From positions 23,436,001 to 23,500,000 of the forward strand of contig OX597829.1 in assembly GCA_951406725.2 (NCBI GenBank): a stretch of DNA of 64,000 nt. The letters run 5' to 3'. The stretch comes from Octopus vulgaris (Eukaryota). A program made the translations under genes and the position numbers. Below, piece by piece: positions 53,110 to 64,000 of the stretch (its first letter is position 1; each line of letters starts with the position of its first letter). The notes below the pieces were generated by a model, which saw only the letters and a list, made by a program, of their open reading frames with translations, was not told the DNA's origin and made no database searches.

Positions 53110-53314
53110 AATAATAATAATGATAATGATAATAATAATAATAATGATAATAATAATAATAATAATAATGATAATAATAATAATAATAATAATGATAATA
53201 ATGATAATAATAATGATAATAATAATAATAATAATGATAATAATAATAATAATAATGATAATAATAATAATAATAATGATAATAATAATAATGATAATAA
53301 TAATAATAATGATA

Positions 53315-53347
<33 letters not shown>

Positions 53348-53484
53348 TGATAATGATAATAATAATAATAATGATAATAATAATAATAATGATAATAATA
53401 ATAATGATAATGATAATAATAATAATAATGATAATAATAATAATAATGATAATAATGATAATAATAATAATAATAATAATAATG

Positions 53485-53573
<89 letters not shown>

Positions 53574-56439
53574 AATAATAATAATGATAATAATAATAAT
53601 AATAATAATAATGATAATAATAATAATGATAATAATAGTGGGGGAGCATCATAGCCATGTGTTGAGAGGGATTCTTTGGGGTTTGAATAATTCACCTCTG
53701 GAAACATGGGTGGTTCTCTCAACATCCTTAAACAACCCTTATTCAGGGACCTTTTGAGCGGGATGGGCTACTCAACCTGAAGAAAATTCTAACTGGGCCC
53801 CACCTGCAAGGTCATGTGCTGTTTATCTTGATTTGAGATCACCATGTCGCGCACATATGGTTGTGATGCATGTGCCTGGTGTACCCTTATCAGACGGGTA
53901 GTCATGATGGGTATATTGGGCTTCGTATATTTTACCCCAGTGTCACTTTGATGGCATGCACTGCTCTCTCACTCAATAATGATAATAATAATAATAATGA
54001 TAATAATAATAATAATAATAATGATAAAAATAATAATAATAATAATGATAATAATAATAATACCCTTATCAGACGGGTAGTTATGATTGGTATACTGGGT
54101 TTCGTATATTTTACCCCAGTGTCAAGTTGATGGCATGCACTGCTCTCTCACTCAATAATAATAATAATGATAATTGTTTCTATAATAAGCAGAAAACTTG
54201 AAATTTGGGATGGAACTAGTCAATTACTTCAACCCCAGTGCTCCACTGTTACCCATTTTATCGACCCCAAAAGGATGAAAGGCAAAGTTAACCTAAGTGC
54301 ATTCATAATGTAAAACCAGAAGAAATACTATTAATACATAAAACGCAATGGGCCATGATCATGGCTGTTAGGCACAGGTTGATAGGTCACAATCGTGGCC
54401 CAGATAGATGCATTTAATTTATGGGCGTATGGGGGATCTAATGTCACTCAAACACTCCAATACCATGCAGAATGCAAGAGGGCTAATAGTTCAACTAATG
54501 ACTTTCCAGATGATGTAAAACTTGCCACCATTATATACTAAGAAGATATTTTAACTATTTTTTTGTTTTTTTATGTGTGCATGGTTGTCTCATTTTCATA
54601 AAATGTGCTCAGCAGTCCATGCTATGTAAGTGCAAATCCCAGCGCTTCGTTGGTTAAGCATTTTGTCCTGTACTCTAATGGTTTTGCTAGCAGGCAGTCT
54701 TCAATAATAATAGTAATAATAATAACAACAACAATAATACATTAAATGGCCTAAGAAAAATATTAATTACACTGGCCAAAAATTATTCTAGATGCTTTTT
54801 CTATACAAGGTGGACATGGGTAAGCTACACTATGTTGATGAGGTCTAAAAGACTGAAACATGTCAAGAATTATCTCCCTTGCCTCAAAACAGAGTTGCGA
54901 CTGTCTTTTCCCTTAATTCTTAATCAGGTTTTGTTTTCTTCTTCAAACTAGGAGAAAATGGAAAACTTTATTTGTGTATGGTATCAAATGCATTACCCCT
55001 TAACTTATCTTAATTCATACCATTATTCCATTTAAGTTAGCCTGGGCAAAGTTCCGGGAGCTCCTACCTCTGCTGGCAACTAAGGGCCTCTCACACAGGA
55101 TGAAAGGTAGACTGTATGATGCTTGTGTGGAAACTGCCATGCTACACAGCAGCTGAGGACATGCCTAGGCTGAAAGAATTGAAACTAGTATGATCCGCTG
55201 GATGTGTAATGTCAGTGCACATACACAACAGAGATAAAAGTTAGGCATAAGAAGCATCAAATGTGGTGTGCAAGAGAGATGACTGCGCTGGTATGATCAT
55301 GTGTTACGTATGGATGAGGAGAGCTGCGTGAGGAAGTGTCACTCCCTAACTGTGGAAGAGGCAGACCCAGGAAGACATGGGATGAGGTGGTGAAACATGA
55401 CCTTCGAACATTGGGCCTCACAGAGGTAATGGCAGGAGACTGAGACCTTTGGAGATATGCTGTGATTGAGAAGATCCGACAACTAATGTGAGATCTCAGC
55501 TACACACATCCGGCCTAGTTAAGAGTACCCCTGATGCATCATGCAATATATGCTTGAGAAGACCTGTTGAGTCAAATAAAACTAACATTGTAGCTGTAGC
55601 CAGTGCCCCAACTGACTCCCATGCCGGTGGCACGTAAAAAGCACCATCCGAACATGGTTGATGCCAGGTTCGCTTGACTGGCTCCTGTGCTGGTGGCACA
55701 TAAAAAGCAACCATTCGAGCGTGATCAATGCCAGTAGCTCCTGACAAGCTCTCATACCAGTGGCACATAAAAAGCACCAACTGAACATGGCCAATGCCAT
55801 TACCCTGACTGGCTCCCATGCCGGTGGCACATAAAAAGCACTATCCAAACGTGATCGATGCCAGGCCCACCTGACTGGCTCCTGTGTCGGTGGTATGCAA
55901 AAAGCACCCACTACACTCTCAGAGTGGTTGGTGTTAGGAAGGGCATCCAGCTGTAGAAACATTGCCAAATCATATTTGAGCTTGGTACAGCCTCTGGCTC
56001 TCCAGACCTCAGTCAAACCATCCAATGCATGCCAGCATGGAAAACGGATGTTAAACCATAATGATGATGATGATGAATCAACCACTGTACTAATTATTTC
56101 TTTTAAAGCCTGGTACTTATTCTATCACTCTCTATTACCAAACTGCTAAGTTACTGGGATGTAAACACGCCAACACGGGCTGTCAAGATACACACACACA
56201 CATATATATACATATATATATAAGGTGAGTTGACAGAAGCATTAGCACACTGGGTGAAATGCTTAGCGGTATCTCATCTGTCTTTACGTTCTGAGTTCAA
56301 TTTCCACCGAGGTCAACTTTGTCTTTCATCCTTTCAGGGTCATAAATTGAGTACCAGTTGTGTGCTGAGGTTGATCTAATTGACTGGCCCCCTCCCCCAA
56401 AATTTCAGGCCTTGTACCTAGAGTGCCTAGAGTAGAAAA

Positions 56440-56492
<53 letters not shown>

Positions 56493-58042
56493 TGATAGGG
56501 TTTCTTTCAGTTTCTGCCTACTACAAGATCCAATCACATTGCTTCATCAGAAAAAGGTAATTAAAATTCATTAAAAGGACAGATCTATTGGACTTTCAAA
56601 GAGGTCAAATTGTTGGTGCTTGTATGGCAGGTACTAGCATAAAGAAAACAGCTGAAATGTTTAGTGCATCAAGAAGTACTGTCTTGAAAGTAATGACACC
56701 CTTTGAGAAAGAGGGAAAAACCTCCTCATCAAAACAAAACTCCGGATGAAAACCAAAACTTTCAGATAGGGACCATCGAACCCTAACACAAATTGTTAGA
56801 AAGGATCACCAAAGTGCAGCTCCTAAAATTACAGAGCTTAATGACCACCTCAAGAACCCAATTTCCACAAAAACTGTTCACCAGGAGATGCACAAAGCCA
56901 GATTTCACAGGAGGACTACAATCAGAAAACCACTACTTTCAAAAACAAATGTTGCAAAGCGTTTAGAGTGGAGTAAAAACCTACAGAATTAATCCCTAGA
57001 GCAGTGGAAGAATGTTATTTTCTCAGACGAGTCATCCTTTAGCTTATTTCCAATCACCGGCCAAGTATACGTGTGGAGACAGCCAAAAGAAGCACATGAC
57101 ACACTGCCTTCTTCCAACTAACTGTTAAATATGGAGGAGGATCTGTGATGATCTGGGGGCTATATCTCGAAAATCCACTGACCCAATGGTTTCCCTTCAT
57201 GGCAGAATTAATAGTCAATTGATCAGATAAAATAAGTATTTTATCTGATCAAATTCATCTTATGGTTGCAGAACTATTTCCAGAGGGAAACACAATCTTT
57301 CAGGATAATAATGCACCAATTCACACAACTTAAGTTGTTACTAAATGGCACGAGGAATATTCTAGTGAAGTTGAACATCTTATCTGGCCACCACAGTCCT
57401 CAGATCTCAATATTATTTAACATTTATGATGCATTTTAGAAAAACAAGTAAGGAGTTGATATCCTCCACCATCATCACTACAAGAAATGGAGACTGTTTT
57501 AGCTGAAGAATGGACAAAAATGCCTTTGGAAACAATTCAAACTTTTTATGAGTCCATAACTCGTAGAAGTCAAGCTGTAATTACTGCCAAAGGCAGTCCT
57601 ACTCCATATTAAAATAAATTTGTTTGAAATTTTAAAGTGTTTCCATTATTTTGTCCAACCCCTGTATATATTTATATACAGACTGTGACCATGCTGGGGC
57701 ACTGTCTCAAAGAATTTTAGTTCTTTTTTTTAAGCCTGATGCTTATTCTATCAATCTCTTTTGCCAAAGTGCTAAGTTATGAGGACATAAACACACCAAC
57801 ACCCATTGTTAATTTATGTTGTGGGGAAAAAACACAACAAACACACATACACATATACATACAAACATATTTTTTATTCCTCTCCTCCCTGTTAGGAAGC
57901 AGAAGCACTTACACATGTACACACACAACAGAAACTTCCACCTACCAAATTCAATCACAAGGCTTCAGTCGGTCTGAGGCTATAGTAGAAGAAACTTGCC
58001 CAAGGTTCAACGCAGTGAGACTGAACCTAAAAACCATGTGCT

Positions 58043-58075
<33 letters not shown>

Positions 58076-61000
58076 CTTTTATTCTTTTAGATATTTCAGT
58101 CATTTGATTGTGGCCATGTTGGAGCATCACCTTAAAGGCTTTTGGTTGAAGAAGTCGACACCAGGATATATTCTTTATAAGCCTAGTACTTATTCTATCA
58201 GTCTCCTTTGCCAAACTGCTAAGTTACAGAGAGATAAACACACCAACACCAGTTGCCAAGCAATGGTGAGGCGACAAACACAGACACAAAGACACACATA
58301 CATAAATATATATTTATATATATAGATAGATACCACAATGGGCTTCTTTCAGTTTCGGTCTACCATATCTACTCACAAGACTGGTCAACCTGAGGCTATA
58401 GTAGAAGACACTTGACCAAGGTACCACGCAGTGGGACTGAACCCAGAAGCATGTAGATGGGAAGCAAGCTCCTTACCACACAGCCACACCTATATATATA
58501 TATATATATATTTACTTATATACATGTATATATATATATGTATATAGTGGAGGCGCGTGGCTTAGTGGTTAAGGTGTCAGCATCATGATCATAAGATTGT
58601 GGTTTTGATTCCTGGACCGGGTGACGTGTTGTGTTCTTGAGCAAAACACTTCATTTCACGTTGCTCCAGTTCACTCAGCTGGCAAAAATGAGTAAGGCTG
58701 TGATGGACTGGCGTCCCATCCAGCCGGAGAACACATATGCCATTGAAACGGGGAAACCGGGCCCATGAGCCTGGCTAGGCTTTAAAAGGGCACATTTAGT
58801 TTTTATTTTATATATGTGTGTGTGTATATATATATATATATAGCCATGTTCCATACTTAATGAATATACACTGTCGATAGGCCAGCTATCACAGTATCTG
58901 ACCTGAGATAACATCTCTGATGTACTTGCCGTGTTAAAAACAATAAATATCAGAGAGAGACAAGTCCATAAAGAGATGTTATCTTAGGACAAATACCACA
59001 GTAACTGCCTTATCAACTGTGTATATACATTGGGTATGATATAAGGACAGTAATTTTTTTATTAGATACTGCCTCAATTGTATATAGCATATAACTTACA
59101 TGAATAAAAAATGGAAATAAGTTACATGCTTAAAGGTACACAACTTAACAATGATTCACTTGTCTCTCATGGCTATATTGATCCCAGTGATATCTGGCAC
59201 GGGATCAATATTTCTCCAGGTGTTAAGTCTATTGCGCAACATATCAATACTGTGTTTAGTAAAACTAAATAGCAGAGCAGCTTGCTGTCTGACCAATCGA
59301 TACAAACACACACACACACACACACAAAAGTGTACACACCAAATGTGTGTGTACACACCAAATGTGTGTGTATACACCAAATGTGTGTGTACACACCAAA
59401 TGTGTGTGTACATCTAGGCATGTAAGTATGTATATGTTTAGCATTAACTATCAGAAAAAAAGAGTACTCGATACCATGGTAGAGTTTTATATCTTTTATC
59501 CTTTATTTGGCTCAGCCATTAGGCCGTGGCCATGCTGGGACACCGCCTTGAAGAATATGAATCGACTCCTGTAGTTATTTTATTGGTCACTTTAGCTGAA
59601 CCGCTAAGTTACCTAGATGTAAACACACCAACACAAGCCTCCAAGTACTGGGTAGAGGGGATAAGTGCAAGCCCAAAGATACCCCTATCGACAGATAATA
59701 TATTTATGTTGTCTACACCACCTGTCATTGTCTTTTGTTTTGTTTTTGTGAATTCTCCCTATATATGTATGTGTGTATATATATCTATTATATAAAATCC
59801 GTTCTGTCTGTCTGTGTGTGTGTCTTCTAGGATCTCAGGCATCCTCCATCCGATTGTGCTCAAATTTGATATGTAGATACCAACGGTATCAGAGCGTGTA
59901 TAAGTCTTTAAAAAATTACAAAAATCGATTCCAGGTGAGAATGCGATTGATAAAGCCTTGGGAACGTGCATTTGTACGCACAAGTACATCAGCTGTTGCG
60001 ATCGAAACTTCGTGTGCGCAAAAAAAGCCAGCTGGCTTGAAATAATAAAATTAGTTACTTAGTTCCCTAGGTTGTTGCTTTTCATCAAAAATCGCCCCAA
60101 GTTGATTTCCTACATGTTTTATCAGATAAACTTATTATTGTCCCAGGTACATTCTCATAAATTCATCATGCTTTTCCATCTAGATTTACCTCCAGCTAAC
60201 CCATTTGCATGCATCATTTTGGTCCTGATTTTCTTCCATCAACCTGTACATAACTGCACCTTTCATTTTTAGTTGTTTTTGTACTGCTTAAAGGCACATT
60301 TCTTTCCTGCCATGCTTACTGTTTAAACCATGTTTGCGTTCTCCCAGTCAACAGCCTTATTATTACTGGTACTTTAAACACTTTGGTTGCATATTTGTGT
60401 GAATAAAATCGTTTTTCTTTGGAATAGAAAAAAATGTAGATACCGACGGTATCAGGGCATGTATAAGTCTTGTAAAGATTACAAAAATCGATTTCAGGTG
60501 AGAATGCGATTGATATAGCCATTTTTGTCCTGCTTTTCTTCCATCAACCTGTACATAACTGCACCTTCAATTTTTTTTTGTTTTTGTACTGCTTAAAGGC
60601 ACATTTCTTTCCTGCCAAACTGTTTAAACTATGTTTGTGTTCTCCCAGTCAACAGCCTTATCATTACTGGTACTTTAAACTCTTCAGTTGCATATTTGTG
60701 TGAATAAAATCGTTTTTCTTTGGAATAGAAAAAAGTCTATCTTTATTTCTTCTTTTGCTGGTGTCTCAAATTTAGGTTAAATCAGTGTTTCTCAAAAGGG
60801 AGGCCTATGGGACGATTGAACAAGTTGTTTTGAGAAAATTTGGTTTAAATGTTTGACAACTCAGCACTGTCCATTGCAACCACCATGACACAATTCAATA
60901 ATGATATACTTTAATCAGGCTGACCAAACCTTGCGAGTGGATTTGGTAGATGGAAACTGAAAGAAGCCCATCATTTATATCTATGTTTGTATGTGTCTTT

Positions 61001-61220
61001 GTATACATGTTTGTCACCTGCCACTGCTTGACAACTGGTGTTGGTGTGTTTATGTCCCCGTAACTTTGCTGTTTGGCAACAAGAGACTGACAGAATAAGT
61101 ACCAGGCTTAGCAAGAGAATAAGTGGTGGGATCAATTGGTTCATCCCAGTATGGCTGCAATCTAATGACTGAAACAAGGAAAAGATTATATATATATGTA
61201 TATGCGTGTGTGTATGTATG

Positions 61221-61262
<42 letters not shown>

Positions 61263-61314
61263 CACTACCTCACGATTGTGAGTCTGACACTCTAACCACT
61301 GACCCATGTGTCTT

Positions 61315-61345
<31 letters not shown>

Positions 61346-61362
61346 ATACATATATATATATA

Positions 61363-61411
<49 letters not shown>

Positions 61412-61459
61412 CATCATGTATGTATATATATATATACATATATATACACACACACACAC

Positions 61460-61529
<70 letters not shown>

Positions 61530-61566
61530 ATATATATGTATATATATATATACATACATGATGTAT

Positions 61567-61602
<36 letters not shown>

Positions 61603-61701
61603 TATATATATATCACTCTCCTTTATTACCATTCCATCATGTCATCCATATATATATATGTGTGTGTGTATATATATACATATATTTACACACACACACA
61701 C

Positions 61702-61783
<82 letters not shown>

Positions 61784-61840
61784 GTGTGTGTGTGTGTAAA
61801 TATATGTATATATATATACATATATATATACATGATGATG

Positions 61841-61877
<37 letters not shown>

Positions 61878-61879
61878 TA

Positions 61880-61917
<38 letters not shown>

Positions 61918-63019
61918 GTATACACACATACACATATATATATATATATAAAGACACATGGGTCAGTGGTTAGAGTGTCAGACTCACAATCATGAGGTAG
62001 TGAGTTCAATCCTCGGACCAGACTGTGTGTTGTGTCCTTGAGCAAGACATTTTATTTCGTGTTGCTTCAGTTCACTCTCTGTTAAAATTTTACTGACTCA
62101 TTTCCTATTGTCTCATCTATCATTTACCCTTCTGTCCACTTTTTTATGCTACCTGTGAGTGGATTTGGTAGATGGAAACTGAAAGAAGTCCATCATGTAT
62201 ATATATCTGTGTATGTGTCTTTGTGTCCATATTTGTCGCTCACCACTGCTTGACAACTGGTGTTGGCATGTTTATGTCACTGTAACTTTGTTGTCACTTT
62301 GTCTTCCATCATCACCATCTATCACTTTACCTTTCTTCCATCATGATACCTGTGTAACAAGGAATGGCATCTGTTATGACCAATATTCAGCACCACTAAT
62401 CATCATTCTCTTGTCCACTTCATGTATTCCCTACATTTACTACTCCCATTCTCATGCCCCTTTTTTTATCACTCTCCTTTATTACCATTCCATCATGTCA
62501 TCCACATTGTTTTTGTATTCAACAACTTTACCAATAACCAACATGTAACTGCCTATCACTGTGTCTCTTCCATTACTCCCTCTCCTATTATCCTCTTGCT
62601 TTCAGTACTGTTTTCACTTTTCATACTCCTATTTACTCTCTTCCTGCACCTGTTAGGTTATCACTTTTTTTTCTATTCACCACCTTAGTCACATTGGTAT
62701 CACGGAGAAAATGAAGAGCAGAAAAGACTCTTTTGTTTTGCAGGGGACTGAAAAACCACACCAATGCTGGTGCCATGAATTTAAATTCATTTAATGAAAG
62801 AACTTGAAAACAACATTGAAAATAAGAGGTGTCACTTGAGTCAAATGGTCCATTGGAATTTCATTGTAAGAAAAACAAAAATGGACGGGTAAGTGAGGGA
62901 CATCACCATTTTCATGCCGGCTTTCAATAATTCATAAATTATTCTTACCTCCCTTGAGTAATTACTGACATTATCGCTTCAGGAAATTCTAATTCACACA
63001 GTTTTGTCCAACTGGACAC
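26112..63019 (-). CDS. GSTCD: GSTCD (glutathione S-transferase C-terminal domain-containing protein, with C-terminal class I SAM methyltransferase domain); 12 coding exons in window, 5' part outside window
   Basis: Twelve GT-AG exons with compatible phases total 1710 nt. Recognised GSTCD motifs: [85 protein letters not shown]. Confidence 0.95.
26690..27025 (+). mobile_element. Old RTE-type LINE ORF C-terminal fragment
   Basis: [15 protein letters not shown]-type motif; (GGAT) tail. Confidence 0.55.
27148..27516 (-). mobile_element. Complete non-autonomous Helitron
   Basis: Minus strand A|TC start at 27516, subterminal hairpin ACCCAGTGTTGCCGGGT, CTAG|T end at 27148. Confidence 0.8.
27566..27766 (-). 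mobile_element. 5'-truncated retroposon end with (ATT) tail and 12-bp TSD
   Basis: AATAGTTATTTA at 27554-27565 and 27767-27778. Confidence 0.6.
30682..31276. mobile_element. hAT (Charlie-like) MITE with duplicated 3' part and nested RTE tail
   Basis: TIR CAGTGGTTCTCAACC / GGTTGAGAATCCCTG; imperfect 8-bp flanks TTTGAAAC / GTTTAAAC. Confidence 0.7.
34570..34715 (-). mobile_element. Penelope-like GIY-YIG endonuclease fragment
   Basis: [22 protein letters not shown]......[10 protein letters not shown] matches the YIG...FK....H...F....T.L..H.W.L pattern. Confidence 0.7.
34831..35039 (+). mobile_element. SINE family M, tail B, with 13-bp TSD
   Basis: TSD ATTATTGGAGGTG at 34818-34830 and 35040-35052. 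Confidence 0.88.
35643..35706 (-). CDS. GSTCD: GSTCD exon: [21 protein letters not shown]
   Basis: ttttag acceptor, gtaatg donor, 64 nt, ends phase 1. Confidence 0.92.
35925..36144. mobile_element. piggyBac-type MITE
   Basis: TTAA on both sides; TIR CCCTTTTGTTACCA / TGGTAACGAAAGGG. Confidence 0.85.
36239..36445 (-). CDS. GSTCD: GSTCD exon: [30 protein letters not shown]...CPCCYG...SDK
   Basis: tttcag acceptor, gtaaat donor, 207 nt; LHACG and CPCCY motifs. Confidence 0.96.
36715..36844 (+). ncRNA. Type I hammerhead ribozyme motif (Penelope-type) with long stem II
   Basis: CTGACGA at 36722, AGCC...GGCT stem II, GAAA at 36826, palindromic stem III ACAGCTGT, GTA cleavage triplet; stem I imperfect. 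Confidence 0.7.
37598..38110 (-). mobile_element. RTE-type 3' UTR with internal ~60-bp tandem repeats and (GAT)n tail
   Basis: Same family as 21009-21507. Confidence 0.75.
38511..38600 (-). CDS. GSTCD: GSTCD exon: [30 protein letters not shown]
   Basis: ttaag acceptor, gtatgt donor, 90 nt. Confidence 0.93.
38811..38948. repeat. Inverted repeat: 49-bp arms, one mismatch, 40-nt loop
   Basis: 38811-38859 versus reverse complement of 38900-38948. Confidence 0.95.
39008..39097 (-). ncRNA. Degenerate hammerhead ribozyme motif, sense to the GSTCD pre-mRNA
   Basis: Minus strand: ATGCAG CTGAAGA ... GAAA CAATCG TA CAGCA; stem III is one change from palindromic ACGATCGT. Confidence 0.55.
39576..39620 (-). 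CDS. GSTCD: GSTCD exon: [15 protein letters not shown]
   Basis: tttccag acceptor, gtttgt donor, 45 nt; completes motif I. Confidence 0.93.
40436..40665 (-). mobile_element. SINE family M, tail A, nested in a family C SINE (about 40205-40820)
   Basis: TSD CTTTCAGTTTCT at 40424-40435 and 40666-40677. Confidence 0.88.
41047..41559. mobile_element. Tc1/mariner-pogo type MITE
   Basis: TA flanks; TIR CTGTAAATCCTCGAGTATA / TAAACTTGAGGATTTACGG. Confidence 0.8.
41770..41885 (-). CDS. GSTCD: GSTCD exon: [17 protein letters not shown]...IVDFCSGG
   Basis: tttcag acceptor, gtaagt donor, 116 nt; SAM-binding motif I. Confidence 0.95.
42570..42666 (-). CDS. GSTCD: GSTCD exon: [32 protein letters not shown]
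   Basis: tttttag acceptor, gtaaga donor, 97 nt; HPC..W..LP..P.EG motif. Confidence 0.93.
42862..43240 (+). mobile_element. SINE family C
   Basis: Full head to tail. Confidence 0.85.
43371..43664. mobile_element. hAT MITE with perfect 8-bp TSD
   Basis: TSD TTATAAGG at 43363-43370 and 43665-43672; TIR CAGGGGTTGGGGAAC / GTTCACCAAGCCCTG (13 of 15 match). Confidence 0.85.
44488..44554 (-). CDS. GSTCD: GSTCD exon: [22 protein letters not shown]
   Basis: ttccag acceptor, gtgaga donor, 67 nt; phase 2 to 0 bridges the flanking exons exactly. Confidence 0.85.
45030..45825 (+). mobile_element. Three head-to-tail family M tail B SINEs separated by trinucleotide microsatellites
   Basis: Heads at about 45033, 45297 and 45606. 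Confidence 0.8.
46220..46458 (-). CDS. GSTCD: GSTCD exon: ESIDFQF...[11 protein letters not shown]...EEESEL
   Basis: tctccag acceptor, gtaagt donor, 239 nt, phase 0 to 2; P.L.AW GST-like helix. Confidence 0.9.
46635..47192. repeat. ~18-19-bp tandem array (AAAGTTCACC/T core) with inverted units at the right end; probable non-autonomous DNA transposon
   Basis: About 20 units at 46635-47055, inverted GTGAACT units at 47130-47190, flanked by AATCACTTG direct repeat. Confidence 0.7.
47296..47660 (+). mobile_element. tRNA-headed element with (AAT)n spacer and hammerhead ribozyme, Penelope-related
   Basis: A-box 47310-47320, B-box 47355-47364, hammerhead 47565-47610; head and tail shared with 13511-13647. 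Confidence 0.75.
47565..47610 (+). ncRNA. Minimal type I hammerhead ribozyme motif
   Basis: GACAC CTGATGA AT GCTG...CAGC C GAAA CG TT GTGTT: stem I GACAC/GTGTT, palindromic ACGT stem III. Confidence 0.7.
48540..48741 (+). mobile_element. SINE family M, tail B, with 15-bp TSD
   Basis: TSD AATTAAGATGGTGAT at 48525-48539 and 48742-48756. Confidence 0.85.
49021..49284 (-). CDS. GSTCD: GSTCD exon: [11 protein letters not shown]...[24 protein letters not shown]
   Basis: ttttctactgcag acceptor, gtaagt donor, 264 nt; GST C-terminal-type TxAD motif. Acceptor position is less certain than the donor. Confidence 0.88.
49557..49758 (+). mobile_element. SINE family M, tail A (internal deletion), with 12-bp TSD
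   Basis: TSD AAGAAAGAAAAG at 49545-49556 and 49759-49770. Confidence 0.85.
49998..50434. mobile_element. Two adjacent, oppositely oriented copies of a TTAA-ended (piggyBac-like) MITE; relatives at about 16175-16340 and 39958-40153
   Basis: Ends CTCTTTAGCA / TGCTAAAGAG TTAA. Confidence 0.6.
51663..51954 (-). CDS. GSTCD: GSTCD exon: [10 protein letters not shown]...[20 protein letters not shown]...RFKI
   Basis: atccag acceptor, gtaagt donor, 292 nt, phase 2 to 0; HNDDK motif. Confidence 0.92.
52182..52560 (+). mobile_element. R4/Dong-clade 3' fragment embedded in (AAT)n
   Basis: [43 protein letters not shown]...[13 protein letters not shown]. Confidence 0.8.
52923..53637. repeat. ~700-bp (AAT/GAT)n microsatellite
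   Basis: Directly visible; source of spurious poly-N/I/Y ORFs. Confidence 0.95.
53638..54155 (+). mobile_element. (AAT)n-flanked retroposon 3' segment with duplicated end; second copy at about 20420-20910
   Basis: Shared GGGGGAGCATCATAGCCATG...CTCTCTCACTCA followed by AAT repeats. Confidence 0.65.
55030..56075 (+). mobile_element. RTE-clade LINE 3' portion (ORF C-terminus, repeat-containing 3' UTR, (GAT)n tail)
   Basis: [30 protein letters not shown]; RLRWY.HVLRM; [11 protein letters not shown]. Confidence 0.85.
56525..57664 (+). mobile_element. Tc1-family transposon, decayed transposase; right TIR present, left TIR lost
   Basis: [66 protein letters not shown]; ends TTTTGTCCAACCCCTG then TA; multiple stops. 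Confidence 0.92.
59784..60890 (+). mobile_element. Non-autonomous Helitron-like element with internal duplications
   Basis: A|TCTATTATATAAAA start, CTGT repeats, CCGATT..AAATTTG; 59871-59950 recurs at 60434, and 60217-60433 recurs at 60522; 3' end not seen. Confidence 0.65.
62949..63019 (-). CDS. GSTCD: GSTCD exon (first in window): [23 protein letters not shown]
   Basis: ttctag acceptor, gtaaga donor, 71 nt, ends phase 2; resembles vertebrate EVSQWTRLCE. Confidence 0.88.
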
Positions 63020-63032
63020 CTAGAAGAAGGAG

Positions 63033-63063
<31 letters not shown>

Positions 63064-63641
63064 TAATAAAAAAGACAAAATCAACAACAAAAATGATGGT
63101 TTCAAATTTTGCCACAAGGGCAGCAATTTTTGGTGAGAAGAGGATGAGGTGATTACATCAACCCCAACATTCAACTGGTACTTATGTTATCAACCCTGAA
63201 AGGATGAAAGGCAAAGTCAACCAGAACATGCACGTACGCACAGCAAACATCAACAGACATAGCCTCGTGTTGATTGTGTCTCTGGCAGAAAGACTCCATC
63301 TTAATGAAGGTACATAAACCCTTCCTTTTTTTTTCTCTATTCAAATATTGGTGAAACTGGTTTCTCAACAAGATAATGTAATCCTAACACAGCCAATAAT
63401 ACTAACTATTATATTGTATATCAACAATAGCCACTAATACTAACTACTATATTGTACATTATATCATGTAGTCCTAGATACACTATGTCTGAATAAAAGA
63501 TGGAATGGTCACAACTGGGACATCTTGTAACTCTACTGGATTGTAACTCTACTGGCTCAGGGCTGACTTTGGGCTAAATTTACAGTATCTGACTCAGCAT
63601 TATAAATGTATATTATTGATCCATTTCTTTGTATTTTATAT

Positions 63642-63678
<37 letters not shown>

Positions 63679-63927
63679 CGTAAAGCAATGACCACAAAAA
63701 GACAATCCAGGAGAGACAAGTCTTAACAAATATTTATCATCATTATCATCATCATCATCATCATCGTTTAACATCTGCTTTCCATGCAAGCATGGGTTAT
63801 GTATATATGTATATACCCCTTTTTTATGTGTGTGTGTGTACATGTATGTATGTATGTATGTATGTATGTATGTATGTATGTGTATATATATATATGTGTG
63901 GGGGAAGGGGGGTATACACACTAACAT

Positions 63928-63964
<37 letters not shown>

Positions 63965-64000
63965 CTTTTAGAAGTGGTTGGCTGATTTATTTGTTAAAGC

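Noticed and set aside
52861-53757. Long ORFs of poly-N/I/Y/L, and similar YI, HT, CV and MDGW ORFs throughout the window
   Set aside because: Translations of stop-free microsatellites; no coding signal.
59156-59413. Minus-strand ORF as an extra GSTCD exon
   Set aside because: No GSTCD similarity recognised, and exons 62949-63019 and 51663-51954 already join in frame.

Overview
Eukaryotic, AT-rich, microsatellite- and repeat-dense genomic DNA. The SINE families and repeat landscape point to a coleoid cephalopod, probably Octopus (inference). One host gene is supported: GSTCD on the minus strand. Twelve GT-AG coding exons between 63019 and the stop at 26112 join in frame (1710 nt, 569 aa plus stop), and the 5' exons lie beyond the right edge. 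The rest is a layered set of transposons: several tRNA-derived SINE families (many with target-site duplications, TSDs), two decayed Tx1/L1-type LINEs, RTE and R4/Dong fragments, Penelope-like (GIY-YIG) fragments, a decayed Tc1 transposase, hAT/piggyBac/TcMar MITEs and non-autonomous Helitrons. Most notable: (1) several Penelope-type hammerhead ribozyme motifs, including a tRNA-head plus hammerhead element whose relative sits directly after a Penelope GIY-YIG stop codon; (2) a SINE tail that matches the 3' end of a Tx1-type LINE; (3) a near-perfect 49-bp intronic hairpin. Family assignments come from motif recognition, not database searches, and many repeat boundaries are approximate.
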